Assembly (NCBI GenBank): GCA_041690135.1
Contig: JAWLHY010000017.1
Coordinates: 16,544 to 80,543, forward strand
Source of the DNA: Armatimonadota bacterium
GTDB taxonomy: Bacteria > Armatimonadota > SYMT01
Length of the DNA stretch: 64,000 nucleotides
Direction: 5' to 3'
Every line of letters starts with the position of its first letter. Positions within the stretch are counted from its first letter, which is position 1. A model generated the notes under the pieces. The model saw nothing but the letters and a program-made list of their open reading frames with translations, ran no database searches and had not been told where the DNA came from. The position numbers and the translations under genes were made by a program. This document shows positions 9,589 through 20,766 of the stretch, in pieces.

Positions 9589-10908
9589 ATGACTGATGTA
9601 AAGAGGCAGGATTGCGGTAGCGTGGACCATAGGGTCCACCGGCGGCAGTTTTTGGAGGGGATGGTGGCCGGGGGGCTGAGTGTCGCCAGCTTTAGCGGGC
9701 TCTTCTCCATTCCAGCTTTCGCCGAACAGGCCCGTAAGGAACAGAAGCACTGTATCCTGCTCTGGCTCTGCGGCGCTCCCAGCCAGTTCGAGACCTGGGA
9801 CCCCAAGCCCGGCACGCCCACCGGCGGCCCGTTCCGGAGCATCCCCACCAAGCTGCCCGGCGTTCAGGTCAGCGAGTTGATGCCGCGCACGGCGACGATC
9901 CTGGACAAGCTCTCGGTGATCCGCTCGATGAAGACGGCCCAGAACGAGCACTTCCAGGCGATCGACCTCCTGACCCGGGGGGATGCGCCACGACCGCCGT
10001 TCATCCGACCCACGCTGGGAAGTGTCCTGGGTCAACAACTCGCGCAGCTCGACAGTCCCATCCCCTCTTTCGTGCTGCTCGATCCCTGCCCGGAAGGCAA
10101 TGAGTTCAAGGCCTTCAAAGCCGGCAACTGGGCGGGCTGGCTTGGCGCGGAATATGGACCGGTCCGGGTCGGCGGTGAGTACAGGATCGAGAACATCGCC
10201 CGCGCGGAGGACCTTTCCGAGGCGGACCACGAGCAGCGAGAGGCGCTGCGGCGGTTCCTTAGCCGGAAGTACGAGAACGACCGCAAGAGTGCGGCGGCCG
10301 CCTCTCTCAATGCCGCCTACGAGCGGGTGAAGGGGTTGATGAGCTGCGCCCACCTGTTCGACCTCGAAAAGATCCCGCAGAAGGACCGGGAACGGTACGG
10401 ACCTGGAACGTTCGCGCAGCACACCGTATTGGCCCGGCATCTGGTGGAGAACGGCGCGCCGTTCGTCATGGTGGCCAACGGCATGCCGTGGGATTGCCAC
10501 GTGCTCAACCACGAGATCCACCAGATGCTGGTTCCGGAGCTGGACCAGGTGATCTATCAGCTCATCACGGACCTGGAAGAGCGGGGCCTGCTGGACAAGA
10601 CGCTGGTGCTGATCATGGGGGAGTTCGGGCGAACCCCGACGCTGAATGACGCTCGCGGTCGGGACCATTACCCTAACGCCTGGAGTATGGCGATGGCCGG
10701 CTGCGGTATCCGGAAGGGGGTCGTATACGGAGCTACCGACACCAACGGCGTGGACGTGAAGGAGAACCCGGTCGATCAACGGCGGCTCTTCGCCACGGTC
10801 TTTTCAGCGCTCGGTCTCGATCCGTACCAGCAATACGACCTTCCCGGTCTACCCTCATTCTTCCGGGTCGAGGGGAATGCCGAACCGGTTCGGGAGGTCC
10901 TGGCATGA
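9589..10908 (+). CDS. DUF1501 domain protein (sulfatase-like fold), Tat-secreted
   Basis: Tat motif HRRQFLEGMVAGGLSVA. DUF1501-typical block LLWLCGAPSQFETWDPKPG and a C-terminal GRDH motif. It starts 17 nt after the DUF1553 gene. Confidence 0.85.
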   Translation: MTDVKRQDCGSVDHRVHRRQFLEGMVAGGLSVASFSGLFSIPAFAEQARKEQKHCILLWLCGAPSQFETWDPKPGTPTGGPFRSIPTKLPGVQVSELMPRTATILDKLSVIRSMKTAQNEHFQAIDLLTRGDAPRPPFIRPTLGSVLGQQLAQLDSPIPSFVLLDPCPEGNEFKAFKAGNWAGWLGAEYGPVRVGGEYRIENIARAEDLSEADHEQREALRRFLSRKYENDRKSAAAASLNAAYERVKGLMSCAHLFDLEKIPQKDRERYGPGTFAQHTVLARHLVENGAPFVMVANGMPWDCHVLNHEIHQMLVPELDQVIYQLITDLEERGLLDKTLVLIMGEFGRTPTLNDARGRDHYPNAWSMAMAGCGIRKGVVYGATDTNGVDVKENPVDQRRLFATVFSALGLDPYQQYDLPGLPSFFRVEGNAEPVREVLA

Positions 10909-11975
10909 TGAAACCGGAAGTCAAGCGCCTGCACCGCCATATGCTACCGACGGCCGTCCTGGGCGTAGATGTCCGGGCGGACGGTCGCACCCTCTATGCC
11001 GCCTGCATGGATGGTATGTATGAAGTGAGCGCGGAGTCCGGCGAGCCCAAGAAGCTGTACGCTCACGAGAGCTACGCCTCCGGTGTGGTGTTGTTCGAGG
11101 AGACGAATACGCTGGTCTCGGCGGGGTACGACGGCGTGTTGAACTGGTTCGATCTGAGCGCCGGCAAGCAGGTGCGGAGCGTCAAAGCGCACGAGTTCTG
11201 GTCGTGGCAGCTGGCCCGCTCCCCCAGCGGGAAATACGTCGCCTCCGTTACCGGGCAGTATCTCAGCGGCGGCGAAAAGTACGAGCCGGCGCCGGAGCGG
11301 GAGCCTTCAGTGAAGGTTTTCGATGTCGCCTCCGGTGCGCTGGTGCACGCCTTGAGCCACGTGCCCTCGGTTCAGTCCGTCGTATTCAGCCCGGACAACC
11401 GCTATGTGGCCGCGGGGAACCTGATGGGGGAGGTCCGGGTATGGGACCTGTCCTCGGGCAAGCTGGCCGCGCAGTGGACCACGGACGCCTTCACCAGTTG
11501 GGGCATCATCAAAAGCCACTGTTACATCGGCGGCATCTTCTCGCTGGCGTTCACGCCCGATGGCGAGCATCTGCTGCTGGCGGGAATGGGGCCAATGCGC
11601 GATCCGATGGCGGGCAACGGTCGCCAACTCTGGCAGCGTTTCGCGTGGAAGGAGAACCCGCCCCGGAAGGTGGATGAGACCCATGCGGGGGAGAGCGGCG
11701 AAGGTCTCATGGAAACCCTGGCGGTGCATCCCGGTGGCGGCTGCTTTGTGATGTCGGGACGCCTCCGCGGCGGGGCGTGGAACACGGCCCTGTTCGGCCT
11801 GTCGAATGGCGCGTTGCTCCACTCGTTGAAAACCGATACCCGCGTCACCCGCGCCCTCTTCTCGCCGGACGGCAAGCGTCTCGTTCTGGGGGGAACCCGC
11901 CGGCAGCCCAACTTCGACAAGAACGGCGCCATTCCGGCCTTCGGGCACGTAGATATCTACGAGATCACCGTTTAG
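10905..11975 (+). CDS. WD40-repeat beta-propeller protein
   Basis: Repeated blades ending in WD-like dipeptides (NWFDL, VKVFDV, VRVWDL). An ATGA start/stop overlap with the DUF1501 gene indicates translational coupling. Confidence 0.7.
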   Translation: MMKPEVKRLHRHMLPTAVLGVDVRADGRTLYAACMDGMYEVSAESGEPKKLYAHESYASGVVLFEETNTLVSAGYDGVLNWFDLSAGKQVRSVKAHEFWSWQLARSPSGKYVASVTGQYLSGGEKYEPAPEREPSVKVFDVASGALVHALSHVPSVQSVVFSPDNRYVAAGNLMGEVRVWDLSSGKLAAQWTTDAFTSWGIIKSHCYIGGIFSLAFTPDGEHLLLAGMGPMRDPMAGNGRQLWQRFAWKENPPRKVDETHAGESGEGLMETLAVHPGGGCFVMSGRLRGGAWNTALFGLSNGALLHSLKTDTRVTRALFSPDGKRLVLGGTRRQPNFDKNGAIPAFGHVDIYEITV

Positions 11976-11988
11976 GGAGTAGACACGC

Positions 11989-13287
11989 ATGAGTTTTTCG
12001 AGACGCGCCTTCCTCGGCGCGACCTTTTCTCTGACCGTTGGCGGTGCCGTGACCGCTGTTGCGCAGAACTCCGGCGCCAAGCCGGGCGATTGGCCGCAGT
12101 GGCGCGGCCCACTACGCGATGGGGTGTCGCGCGAGACCGGCCTTCTCAAGCAGTGGCCGGCCGCGGGGCCCAACCTGGCCTGGAAAGTGGAAGGGCTGGG
12201 GTACGGCTACAGTTCTCCTTCGATCGCCGGAGGCCGGGTCTACGGAATGGGCTTGCGTGACGGGCAGGAGTTCGTCTGGGCGCTCGATGCCGGCACCGGG
12301 AAAGTCGTCTGGACGAGTGCGATTTCCCGGCCGCAGAACCCGGATCCGGATAACCGCGGCGCGGGACCGCGCTGTACGCCGACCATCGACGGCAACCGTG
12401 TCTTCGTGGAAGGGGTGAATGGTGACCTGACCTGCCTCGACGCTTCCAATGGGAAGATCGTCTGGCAGAAGAGCCTGGTCCGCGATTTTGGCGGCCGGGT
12501 GCCGGTATGGGGCTACAGCGAGTCTCCCCTGGTGGATGGCGACCGGGTGATCTTTACGCCCGGCGGGCGCACGGCCACGATGGCCGCCGTGAACAAGAAC
12601 ACCGGCGCCACGCTCTGGCAATCCGCCATCCCGGGAGGCGATGGGGCCGAGTACTCCTCACCGATCGTCGCCGTGCAGGACGGCCAGCGCCAGTACATCC
12701 AGTTCCTCAAGGGCGGCATCGTCGGCGTCTCCGCCGCGGATGGCCAGTTCCTCTGGCGGTTCGAGCATGCGGCCAAAAATGTGGCCAACTGCCCGACCCC
12801 CATCTACCACAACGGGCACGTTTTCGCGGCAGCCGGCTACGGTCGCGGCGCTGCCCTGGGCAAGATCACTAAGAATGGCGATGCCTGGTCGGTCGAGCAG
12901 GTCTACCACTCCTCCCGCCTGGCGAACCATCACGGGGGTGTCGTGCTCGTGGGCAACCATCTCTACGGCATGCACGACGCCGCCGGCCTGAGCTGTCTGG
13001 AGTTCAACACGGGAGAGGTCAAGTGGTCGGAGCGCGGCGTGCCGAAGGGCTCCGTGGTTTGCGCGGATGGCCACCTGTATGCGCGCAACGAGCGAACCGG
13101 GGAAATGACCCTGGTGGAAGTGAACCCTAACAGTTTCGTGCAAAAGGGCCGGTTCACCCCGCCGCGGGCGGAAGACCAACCGCCCGCCCGGCCGCAGGGC
13201 ATGGCCTGGGCGCACCCGGTGGTCGCCGGCGGAAAGCTCTACCTCCGCGACCAGGGCTCCTTGCTCTGCTATGACGTGAAGGGCTGA
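11989..13287 (+). CDS. PQQ-like beta-propeller repeat protein (BamB-like), Tat-secreted
   Basis: Tat signal [21 protein letters not shown]. Recurring WxxxxG / GxVYxG blade motifs ([37 protein letters not shown]). Confidence 0.75.
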   Translation: MSFSRRAFLGATFSLTVGGAVTAVAQNSGAKPGDWPQWRGPLRDGVSRETGLLKQWPAAGPNLAWKVEGLGYGYSSPSIAGGRVYGMGLRDGQEFVWALDAGTGKVVWTSAISRPQNPDPDNRGAGPRCTPTIDGNRVFVEGVNGDLTCLDASNGKIVWQKSLVRDFGGRVPVWGYSESPLVDGDRVIFTPGGRTATMAAVNKNTGATLWQSAIPGGDGAEYSSPIVAVQDGQRQYIQFLKGGIVGVSAADGQFLWRFEHAAKNVANCPTPIYHNGHVFAAAGYGRGAALGKITKNGDAWSVEQVYHSSRLANHHGGVVLVGNHLYGMHDAAGLSCLEFNTGEVKWSERGVPKGSVVCADGHLYARNERTGEMTLVEVNPNSFVQKGRFTPPRAEDQPPARPQGMAWAHPVVAGGKLYLRDQGSLLCYDVKG

Positions 13288-13315
13288 TCGTACCGCAACG
13301 ATTGGACATACGGCA

Positions 13316-13348
13316 CGAAGGGGAAGGACCAAACGTCCTTCCCCTTCG
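13316..13348. terminator. Perfect 14-bp stem / 5-nt loop hairpin immediately downstream of the 11989..13287 gene
   Basis: cgaaggggaaggac-caaac-gtccttccccttcg. There is no U-run on either strand, so this may be a factor-dependent terminator or an RNA stability element. Confidence 0.35.
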
Positions 13349-13518
13349 CGGGTCTGCCGGCATCGAAGAGTACATGCTTGGCTTCTTCTTGATAATCGAG
13401 GTTGCTTTTGGCAACGGTCTACTGTTGACGGATGGACGTCTTTCCAGTGTGGGAGAATAGGCGCGTGAGGGTCGTTTGTTTCCTGTCATCTATCCACCGT
13501 TCCGGCCTTTAATAGCCT

Positions 13519-14886
13519 ATGGAAGTCCATGCCAGGCCAGAGACGGGTAGTCAACCTGGAGAAAGGCGCCGGCGACGGAGCGTACTTGGATCGCTTTTGG
13601 TACTGGCACTGATTTGTGCGGCACTTTGTTTCCTGAGCCTGCAGGAGCCAGTAGGTCAGGTGAGGCGCCTCCCGGACGGCTCGACGCTTGAGTTACGGGG
13701 TTGGACCTTGGCCGGGAACCACACCTTCGTGGATGGGAAGCTTTGGCAGCAGGTGTTGCTGCGGCTACCGTGGACGCTGCCGCAAGTTGGCGGCTTCCGG
13801 GGAACACATCCCAGTTTTGCTGAAGAAAACCATTTTGACGTGCCGCCCTGGAACCGAAGGGGAGCAATACGGCATCTGGGTAGGTCTCCTGACGACGCAC
13901 TCGTTCTCTGATTCCGGCTGCGGGGAAGCGACGATAATCTCCACGGTTGCTATCCCGTCTGGCTTGATGAGCATGGCTGTCGCGTTCGCGTGGTTCGGGA
14001 ACGGACCAACCCTCTGGTGAAGGTGAGCTCCGAAACTGGTCACTGGCGCCGCTGGAAACTAACACCGACTGTCTTCATTCAGTCCGGGGAAAACCCTGCG
14101 TCACTGCTCATGACTGAGGCAAGTGGACGTGGGCTCGCTTCCTTTCCTGTTCCCCGCTTGTCAAGCACTCCCATCACGCGCTTGCCGGAGGGGCAACTGT
14201 GTCCAGTCTAACGCGTAAGCGGCAACTCGGTAGCCGTCCTGGACGAATTGGAGTGTAATCCCCGGCTGCCCGGCCGGCCGTACGATCATAGCGACGCAAT
14301 TCTGCGTTACATCGCCAAGAGCGATCCAGGACAGGCCTGGCGCCCTCACAAGGTCACGGTAATCGATGCGGTGGGTAACCGGCTTTCCAGCGAGCCAGAG
14401 CCGCTCGAGAATGGTCGTTACCGTTTTGCGGCACTGTGCCGTCGTGAACCCGCCTGGAAACTTGAGGTGCTCTTTGTTCCTTCGGAACCATTACGGATCC
14501 CTCCGGATGCGGTGCAGACCTTTCGAGATCTGCGAGTTCCTCAAGCTGGCGAAACCGTCGAACCGGGCCACATTTGGGGAGTGGGAACGACTCAGCTCCG
14601 ACTAGATGCATTGGGTGGCGCTTATCCCGGATGTCTGAACCCACCCTGGTGTGGCGTCATGGGTCCGGCAATTCATCTGTCCGGCCATACTACCTCCGGT
14701 TGCCTGGTGACGCTATTGGGTGATAATGACCTTCACGAGCGCTCCGTCTCCCAACTAGCAGAGCCAGGAAACGTGGATCTCCACTTCGAACTTCCGGCGG
14801 CTCCCACCAGCCGCCTGAATCTCACCTTCGAAATTCGCAAAACTCCTCTGGTCGAATTCCAGGTGCGTCCTCCAGCGAAGCGATGA
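13519..14886 (+). pseudogene. Low-GC island with fragmented ORFs (130 aa, 110 aa, 73 aa, 212 aa in shifting frames); possible decayed horizontally acquired gene(s)
   Basis: Local GC and GC3 are clearly lower than in flanking genes. The four ORFs are 13519..13911 (f1), 13688..14020 (f2), 13990..14211 (f1) and 14248..14886 (f1), and they overlap or abut in different frames. The first has an RRRR-TM N-terminus. No family was recognised. Confidence 0.3.
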
Positions 14887-14924
14887 AGGCGCGCACGGCC
14901 GCCTGTCATTCGAAACCTACCTCT

Positions 14925-17900
14925 TCATGCGCGATCCGTCCGGTCCAGCAGTTCCCGCACGCGGCGCGTGAGCTCCGCCGGGGTGAACGGCTTCTGGATG
15001 AACTCCACTTCTGCGGCCATGATACCGTGTCGAACCACGGCATCGTCGGTGTAGCCCGACATGTAGAGCACGCGGATGCCGGGTCGCAAGGCTCCCAACC
15101 GCTCCGCCAGTTCCCTGCCGCTCATCTGGGGCATTACAATATCGGTCAGCACGAGGTCCGGGCTTTTGTCACGTTCCTGCAGGATCCGGAGGGCTTCCAC
15201 GGGATTCGGCGCGTCGAGGACCGTGTAACCGGCACTTCCCAGGATCTCCCGCGTGAGACGGCGCACCAGGCGGTCGTCCTCCACGAGCAGGATGGTCTCC
15301 GAGCCGGGAACCAGCGCAGGCGGGAGAGCGCGTGCGGAGTTCTCAGCTTCTCCCTCCGCAAGCGGGAAGTAAATGCGGAACGTGGTTCCCCGACCGGGCT
15401 CACTGTTCAGGCGCAAATGCCCACCCCACTGTTTCACGATCCCGTAGACGGTGGATAGGCCCAACCCCGTACCAGTGCCTGCCGGCTTGGTAGTGAAAAA
15501 GGGCTCGAACACCCGCTGTTGGGTAGCGTGATCCATCCCGTGGCCGGTGTCGCTGACCGCCAGGAGCGCGTATCGACCCGGAGTCACGCCGGAGTGTGAC
15601 TCCATTTGCGTGGGATCAACCTCCACCACTTCCGTCTCGATCACCAGGGTTCCGCCACGCGGCATAGCATCCCGGGCGTTCACGACCAGGTTCAATAATA
15701 CCTGCTCGATCTGGCCGGGATCCGCCACCATGGCTACGGGCTCACCCTTGGGTGAAGTCACCAATTGGACGTCCTCGCCGATCAGGCGCCGCAGCATGCC
15801 GCCCATGTTGCTGAGCACGGCCCGCAGGTCGAGCCGTCGAGGGGCGACTACCTGCTTCCGACTGAAAGCGAGCAATTGACCGGTGAGACTCGCGGCACGC
15901 TCGCCTGCCTGTTGGATCTCCCGGAGTTGCAGTTTTGCTGCGCTGTCCAGATCCGGTCGAGAGAGCAGGAGCTGCGAGTATCCGTTCACCACGGCGAGCA
16001 TGTTGTTGAAGTCGTGCGCGACCCCGCCCGCCAGACGTCCCACGGCTTCCATCTTCTGCGATTGGCGGAGCTGTTCTTCCAGTTCACGACCGGCGGTGAT
16101 GTCGTGGAAAGTAGAAACTACCCCGTATTGCTCGCCATCCACATTCCGCATCGGATGCGCGCTCACCAGCAGATGGCGCTTTTCGCCGGTGGGCAGTTGG
16201 GCCACCACCTCGACATCGCGCAGGGACTGTCCCCGTGTCGCGTAGGTAAGCGGCATATCTTCCGGCGCCATGGGCGTCGTGCCGTCGGAATGGAAGATCC
16301 GGAAACGGTCTGTCCATTCCGAAAACGGCAGGGGCAATGCGCCGACCCCGTATCGCTCGCGAGCCGCCCGGTTGCAGTAGGTGAGCGTACCCGAGAGGTC
16401 GAAGGCCAGCACTCCCTCGGTGACGTTTTCCAGCACCGCGTCCAGCAGCCCTTGCTGCTCGCGGAGCGCCAATTCCAGACGCTTACGTTCGGTGATGTCT
16501 TCCCCAATACCAATCAGGCGCAGGGGTTGTCCCTCGGGATCCCGGAGTACATGCCCGCGGGAGGCGACCCACCGCTCTCCCAGGCCGGGTACCATCATTC
16601 GGAACTCGATAGCGAGGCCGGTGTTCTCCTGGATCGCACGATCCGAAGCCTGGATGAGCAGTTCTCGGTCTTCCGGTACAATCGCTTCCATGGACTCCGC
16701 AAGCGTTTGCGTCCAAGAATGCGGCTCACCGTCTTCCCGAATCTGGGAGTAGGCGGTCCAGGTGACCAGCCCATTGTGGAGGTCTCGGTCCCACACCCCC
16801 AGGCGAGCTGCAGTCATGGCAAAACGCAGCGTCTCTTCGCTTTCACGTTTGGCCCGCTCGGCTTGCAGGCGTTCCTCTACCAGACGCGCATGCTCCGCTT
16901 CCGCCTGGCACCGCTTGAGAGCACCGGCGCAGTGCTCTACGATCGTCTGGAGGGTCTTCAGATCCGCTTCGGTATAGCTGCCAGGTTCATAGCTCTGGAT
17001 GGAGAGCGCGCCGATTTGGGCCTCTCCATCCCAGATCGGCACACAGAGAATGGACGCAGAGCGCCGGGACTCGTTCCCAAAGGTCGGTGGGTAGGAAGTG
17101 ACGATTTCCAATTCCTCTGGAGAGCGGTTGATCAGAAAGGGACCCTCCTGAAGGCTCCGCCAGATCATGCCACCCGGCGTCATCTTGTGAATCCTGGAAG
17201 TAACTTCCACCCGCTCACCTGCAATCCGGTCCATCAGCAGTACCGGCTCGATGCGGGACTGATCGGGAATACAGAGGTTGAGCCATGCGGCGTCCCATCC
17301 CAGTAGCCGATCGGCTGTCTCCAGAATCGCTTGCGCCGCATCTTTAGGAGTGGTGACTCGGTTAAGTTGTTGGATGAGGCCGCGGAGTTCGGAGTCCCGG
17401 TGGCGAGCTTGTTCTTCACTTTCGGCCTGTTCCCAACGGGCGGCGATCATGTCGCCGAGCATCCGCAAGGCCCGCGTGTCTTCCGCCTTCCAGGCACGCG
17501 TTCCCCGGACGTCATCGAATCCCATGAAGCCCACCAACCGACCATCGGAGAAGAAGATGGGAACAACGAGCAGGGAATGGACGGACTGTGCCTCCAGGCA
17601 CCGCCGCTCGCCGTTGGCGGCATCGGGCAACTTCGACACATCGGGGATCGTGAGGTTGGCGCCCGCGTGTAACTGTTCCATCCACCAGGGGAAATGGGCC
17701 GCTTCCAGTCCCTGAAGTGTCTCAATCGGGCGTTCCGCGCCCCGGTTGCACCACTCGTGGGTGTTGTCGAGGATGCGTCCATCCTCCCGAATGCGGAAAA
17801 GGTAGGCCCGATCCGCGGCGACCGCTTCACCCAGCAGGCGCAGCACCCCGGTCAGGTCAGGGGTCGCGGAGTGGACCAGGAGCCGGAAGGCAGCAGCAAT

Positions 17901-18026
17901 TGCCTCCTCCACTGCCAGGCGGTAGCGCAGCCGATCTGTGGAGGCTTCCAGCAGTTGGTGCAGATACTGGCGCTCAGCCGGCTGATCTTCCGGTTCACAG
18001 TTTGGAGTTCGTGTCCTTCGCGTCAC
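14925..18026 (-). CDS. Hybrid sensor histidine kinase / response regulator with multiple GAF and PAS domains
   Basis: 1033 aa. The N-terminal two-thirds contain several GAF/PAS-like modules. HisKA H-box AGGVAHDFNNMLAVVNGYSQLL. HATPase_c G-boxes DTGHGMD and GTGLGLSTVYGIVKQWGG. The C-terminal receiver is ILLVEDDRLVRRL...VLTDIVMPQMSG with a phospho-acceptor Asp. Confidence 0.9.
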   Translation of the reverse strand: MTRRTRTPNCEPEDQPAERQYLHQLLEASTDRLRYRLAVEEAIAAAFRLLVHSATPDLTGVLRLLGEAVAADRAYLFRIREDGRILDNTHEWCNRGAERPIETLQGLEAAHFPWWMEQLHAGANLTIPDVSKLPDAANGERRCLEAQSVHSLLVVPIFFSDGRLVGFMGFDDVRGTRAWKAEDTRALRMLGDMIAARWEQAESEEQARHRDSELRGLIQQLNRVTTPKDAAQAILETADRLLGWDAAWLNLCIPDQSRIEPVLLMDRIAGERVEVTSRIHKMTPGGMIWRSLQEGPFLINRSPEELEIVTSYPPTFGNESRRSASILCVPIWDGEAQIGALSIQSYEPGSYTEADLKTLQTIVEHCAGALKRCQAEAEHARLVEERLQAERAKRESEETLRFAMTAARLGVWDRDLHNGLVTWTAYSQIREDGEPHSWTQTLAESMEAIVPEDRELLIQASDRAIQENTGLAIEFRMMVPGLGERWVASRGHVLRDPEGQPLRLIGIGEDITERKRLELALREQQGLLDAVLENVTEGVLAFDLSGTLTYCNRAARERYGVGALPLPFSEWTDRFRIFHSDGTTPMAPEDMPLTYATRGQSLRDVEVVAQLPTGEKRHLLVSAHPMRNVDGEQYGVVSTFHDITAGRELEEQLRQSQKMEAVGRLAGGVAHDFNNMLAVVNGYSQLLLSRPDLDSAAKLQLREIQQAGERAASLTGQLLAFSRKQVVAPRRLDLRAVLSNMGGMLRRLIGEDVQLVTSPKGEPVAMVADPGQIEQVLLNLVVNARDAMPRGGTLVIETEVVEVDPTQMESHSGVTPGRYALLAVSDTGHGMDHATQQRVFEPFFTTKPAGTGTGLGLSTVYGIVKQWGGHLRLNSEPGRGTTFRIYFPLAEGEAENSARALPPALVPGSETILLVEDDRLVRRLTREILGSAGYTVLDAPNPVEALRILQERDKSPDLVLTDIVMPQMSGRELAERLGALRPGIRVLYMSGYTDDAVVRHGIMAAEVEFIQKPFTPAELTRRVRELLDRTDRA

Positions 18027-18314
18027 CCTGTATTCTCCCCCAACACCGCACTCAGGCGAGGTTGGTTTGTTGTGCCGAATGCATTACTATCGAATCGGGG
18101 TGTAATGTTCCGCCGCGGGTAATGCGTTCCGGGTTTCTCATTCGTCGCCCTGGCACCTTAACTCAACCGCCAATCGCGGACGGGGACGAAAACCCTCAGC
18201 GACAGGAACTCGCAGGTCTCGCGTGGAACGGAACAGAAACGCCTTCCGGCAATGCCGCCGGAACACCAGGGCAAGGATGACCACCGACCGGAAGTTGCAG
18301 CGGAGCAGCATCGA

Positions 18315-19133
18315 ATGAAGTTTACGGCGAAGCAGGAGTTCCTGGCAGAGTTGCTCGGAACGATGGTACTGATCCTGTTCGGGTGCGGCGTGGTCGCCAT
18401 GGTGACCCTTTTCCCGAGCCAACCCGCGGTTCCGGGAGAGGTGGTCCGGGGCGGCTACACCAACGTCACCTTTGCGTGGGGTCTGGCGGTCACGATGGGG
18501 ATCTATATCTCCGGCACCGTCTCCGGAGCGCATCTCAATCCCGCGGTTACTTTGGCGCTGGCCGCGACCGGCCGGTTTCCATGGAGTAAGATAGGGCACT
18601 ACCTGGCCGGACAGTTCCTGGGAGCTTTTGCCGGCGCCGCCCTGGTCTTCGCCGTCTATCACGGGCAATGGGTGCAGATCGATCCCGGCCTCGAGCGCAC
18701 CGCGGGCGTGTTTTCCACGTTCCCGGCAGTCCCCGGCTTCTGGCCCGGCTTTCTCGATCAGGTGATTGGGACCGCCCTGCTGATGGGCCTGATCCTGGCG
18801 ATCGCCGACAAGCTGAACAATCCGCTTGGAGCGCCGTTCGCGCCGGCACTGGTGGGTCTTCTGGTGGTCGCCATCGGGATGTCATTCGGCGGCATGCACG
18901 GCTATGCGATCAACCCGGCCCGCGACCTCGGGCCGCGGCTCTTCAGCGTGGTCGCCGGTTTCAAGAATAACGGCCTGGTTGGCTCCACCGTTTGGTTAGT
19001 GCCGGTCATCGGACCCCTCGTCGGGGCGCTGGTCGGCGCGTGGACCTATGACGCCACCATCGGTCGTGCGCTGACCCAGGCTCATGCCACTCAAGGGACC
19101 GTGCATGGCATGGATCCCAGCCATCAAGAGTAA
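18315..19133 (+). CDS. glpF: Aquaglyceroporin GlpF (MIP family glycerol uptake facilitator)
   Basis: Two NPA boxes ([12 protein letters not shown] and NPARDLGPR). The N-terminus [25 protein letters not shown] aligns with the E. coli GlpF N-terminus. The start was moved to the internal ATG at 18315. Confidence 0.85.
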   Translation: MKFTAKQEFLAELLGTMVLILFGCGVVAMVTLFPSQPAVPGEVVRGGYTNVTFAWGLAVTMGIYISGTVSGAHLNPAVTLALAATGRFPWSKIGHYLAGQFLGAFAGAALVFAVYHGQWVQIDPGLERTAGVFSTFPAVPGFWPGFLDQVIGTALLMGLILAIADKLNNPLGAPFAPALVGLLVVAIGMSFGGMHGYAINPARDLGPRLFSVVAGFKNNGLVGSTVWLVPVIGPLVGALVGAWTYDATIGRALTQAHATQGTVHGMDPSHQE

Positions 19134-19144
19134 AGGAGCTCTCG

Positions 19145-20632
19145 ATGTACGTTCTCGCCCTCGACCAGGGAACCACGTCTTCACGCGCCATCCTGTTCGA
19201 CCGGGATGGCGCAACGGTAGCGGTCGCGCAGAAGGAGTTCCGTCAGATCTTCCCACAGCCCGGCTGGGTGGAGCATGACGCCGAAGAGATCTGGAGCACG
19301 CAGATCGGCGTGGTCCACGAAGTGCTGGCCCGCGCTGGCGCTCGGGCCGCCGACATCGCGGCCCTGGGGATCACCAACCAGCGGGAAACGACCGTCATCT
19401 GGGACCGCGCTACCGGCCGCCCAATCCATCATGCCATCGTCTGGCAGGACCGCCGTACCGCGGGCCTCTGCGACCAACTCCGCGCCGATGGCCTGGTGGA
19501 GACCTTCCAGCAGAAGACGGGACTGCTGCTCGACGCCTACTTCTCCGGGACGAAGGTCCGGTGGCTCCTCGATCACGTGCCCGGCGCCCGGGAGCGAGCC
19601 CAACGCGGGGAACTGGCGTTCGGGACTATCGACTCGTGGCTCATGTGGAACCTTACGGGCGGCGCGCTCCATCTCACCGACGCCACCAACGCCTCCCGTA
19701 CGCTGTTGTACAACATCCACACCGGAGACTGGGATGAGGAGCTGCTCTCGATCCTCGACGTGCCGCGCTCGCTGCTTCCGGAAGTTCGCCCCTCCAGTGA
19801 GATCTATGGCGAGACCGCGGCAGGCCTCTTCGGAGACCGGATCCGGCTGGCCGGGATCGCGGGCGATCAGCAGGCCGCGCTCTTTGGGCAGGCGTGCCTC
19901 GGCTCCGGAATGGCGAAGAACACTTACGGCACCGGCTGCTTCATGCTGTTGAACACCGGCGAGCGGGCGGTTCCTTCGACTAACCAGCTTCTCACCACTG
20001 TCGCCTGGAAGCGGGGAGACCGTACCGACTACGCCCTCGAAGGGAGCATTTTTGTGGCGGGCGCTGTCGTCCAATGGTTGCGGGACGGCCTCGGCCTCAT
20101 CCGCACCTCCGCGGAAGTCGAAAGCCTGGCTCAGAGCGTGGAAGACAACGGCGGGGTCTACCTTGTCCCGGCCTTTGTCGGCCTGGGTGCACCGCATTGG
20201 GACAGCTACGCCCGCGGCGCCGTGATGGGGCTCACCCGCGGCTCCACTCGCGGCCACCTGGCCCGCGCCGCCCTGGAGAGCATCGCCTACCAGACGGCGG
20301 ATGTTCTGCACGCCATGGAGCAGGACGCGGGCCTCCGGCTCTCCGAACTGCGCGTGGATGGCGGCGCCTCCACCAACAACCTGCTGATGCAGTTCCAGGC
20401 CGACGTGCTCGGCGTGCCGGTAGTCCGCCCGAAGACCACGGAGACGACCGCTCTCGGCGCAGCCTATCTGGCAGGACTGGCCGTTGACTTCTGGAAAGGT
20501 ACGGACGAGATCACTACCCAGTGGGCCGTGGACCGCCGCTTCGAGCCGCAGATGGACCCCGGCCGCCGGGAATCGCTGTTGGCCGGTTGGCGCAAGGCCG
20601 TCGAACGCTCCAGGAATTGGGAAGAATCCTGA
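19145..20632 (+). CDS. glpK: Glycerol kinase GlpK
   Basis: Canonical FGGY N-terminus [19 protein letters not shown] and GTGCFML. 495 aa. It starts 12 nt after glpF. Confidence 0.95.
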   Translation: MYVLALDQGTTSSRAILFDRDGATVAVAQKEFRQIFPQPGWVEHDAEEIWSTQIGVVHEVLARAGARAADIAALGITNQRETTVIWDRATGRPIHHAIVWQDRRTAGLCDQLRADGLVETFQQKTGLLLDAYFSGTKVRWLLDHVPGARERAQRGELAFGTIDSWLMWNLTGGALHLTDATNASRTLLYNIHTGDWDEELLSILDVPRSLLPEVRPSSEIYGETAAGLFGDRIRLAGIAGDQQAALFGQACLGSGMAKNTYGTGCFMLLNTGERAVPSTNQLLTTVAWKRGDRTDYALEGSIFVAGAVVQWLRDGLGLIRTSAEVESLAQSVEDNGGVYLVPAFVGLGAPHWDSYARGAVMGLTRGSTRGHLARAALESIAYQTADVLHAMEQDAGLRLSELRVDGGASTNNLLMQFQADVLGVPVVRPKTTETTALGAAYLAGLAVDFWKGTDEITTQWAVDRRFEPQMDPGRRESLLAGWRKAVERSRNWEES

Positions 20633-20663
20633 ATGGATAGGGGTAAGGATAAAGAGGGTTACC

Positions 20664-20690
20664 TCAAGGACCCCTTGATGTCTCCTTTTT
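20664..20690 (+). terminator. Intrinsic terminator of glpFK operon
   Basis: Hairpin tcaagg-acc-ccttga followed by tctccttttt, 30 nt after the glpK stop. Confidence 0.5.
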
Positions 20691-20766
20691 GAGGGCTCCC
20701 GCTTGGGACTTCGCATCCTGTAGAAGGCACGCGTTGACCAATGAACCGGAAATTCGCATCGAGCTG

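Noticed and set aside
15765-18280. ORFs 15765..17306 + (513 aa), 17278..17715 +, 17717..18280 + antisense to the hybrid kinase
   Set aside because: They lie fully inside a well-supported 1033-aa kinase gene and their translations are Arg/Pro/Gly-rich without recognisable domains.
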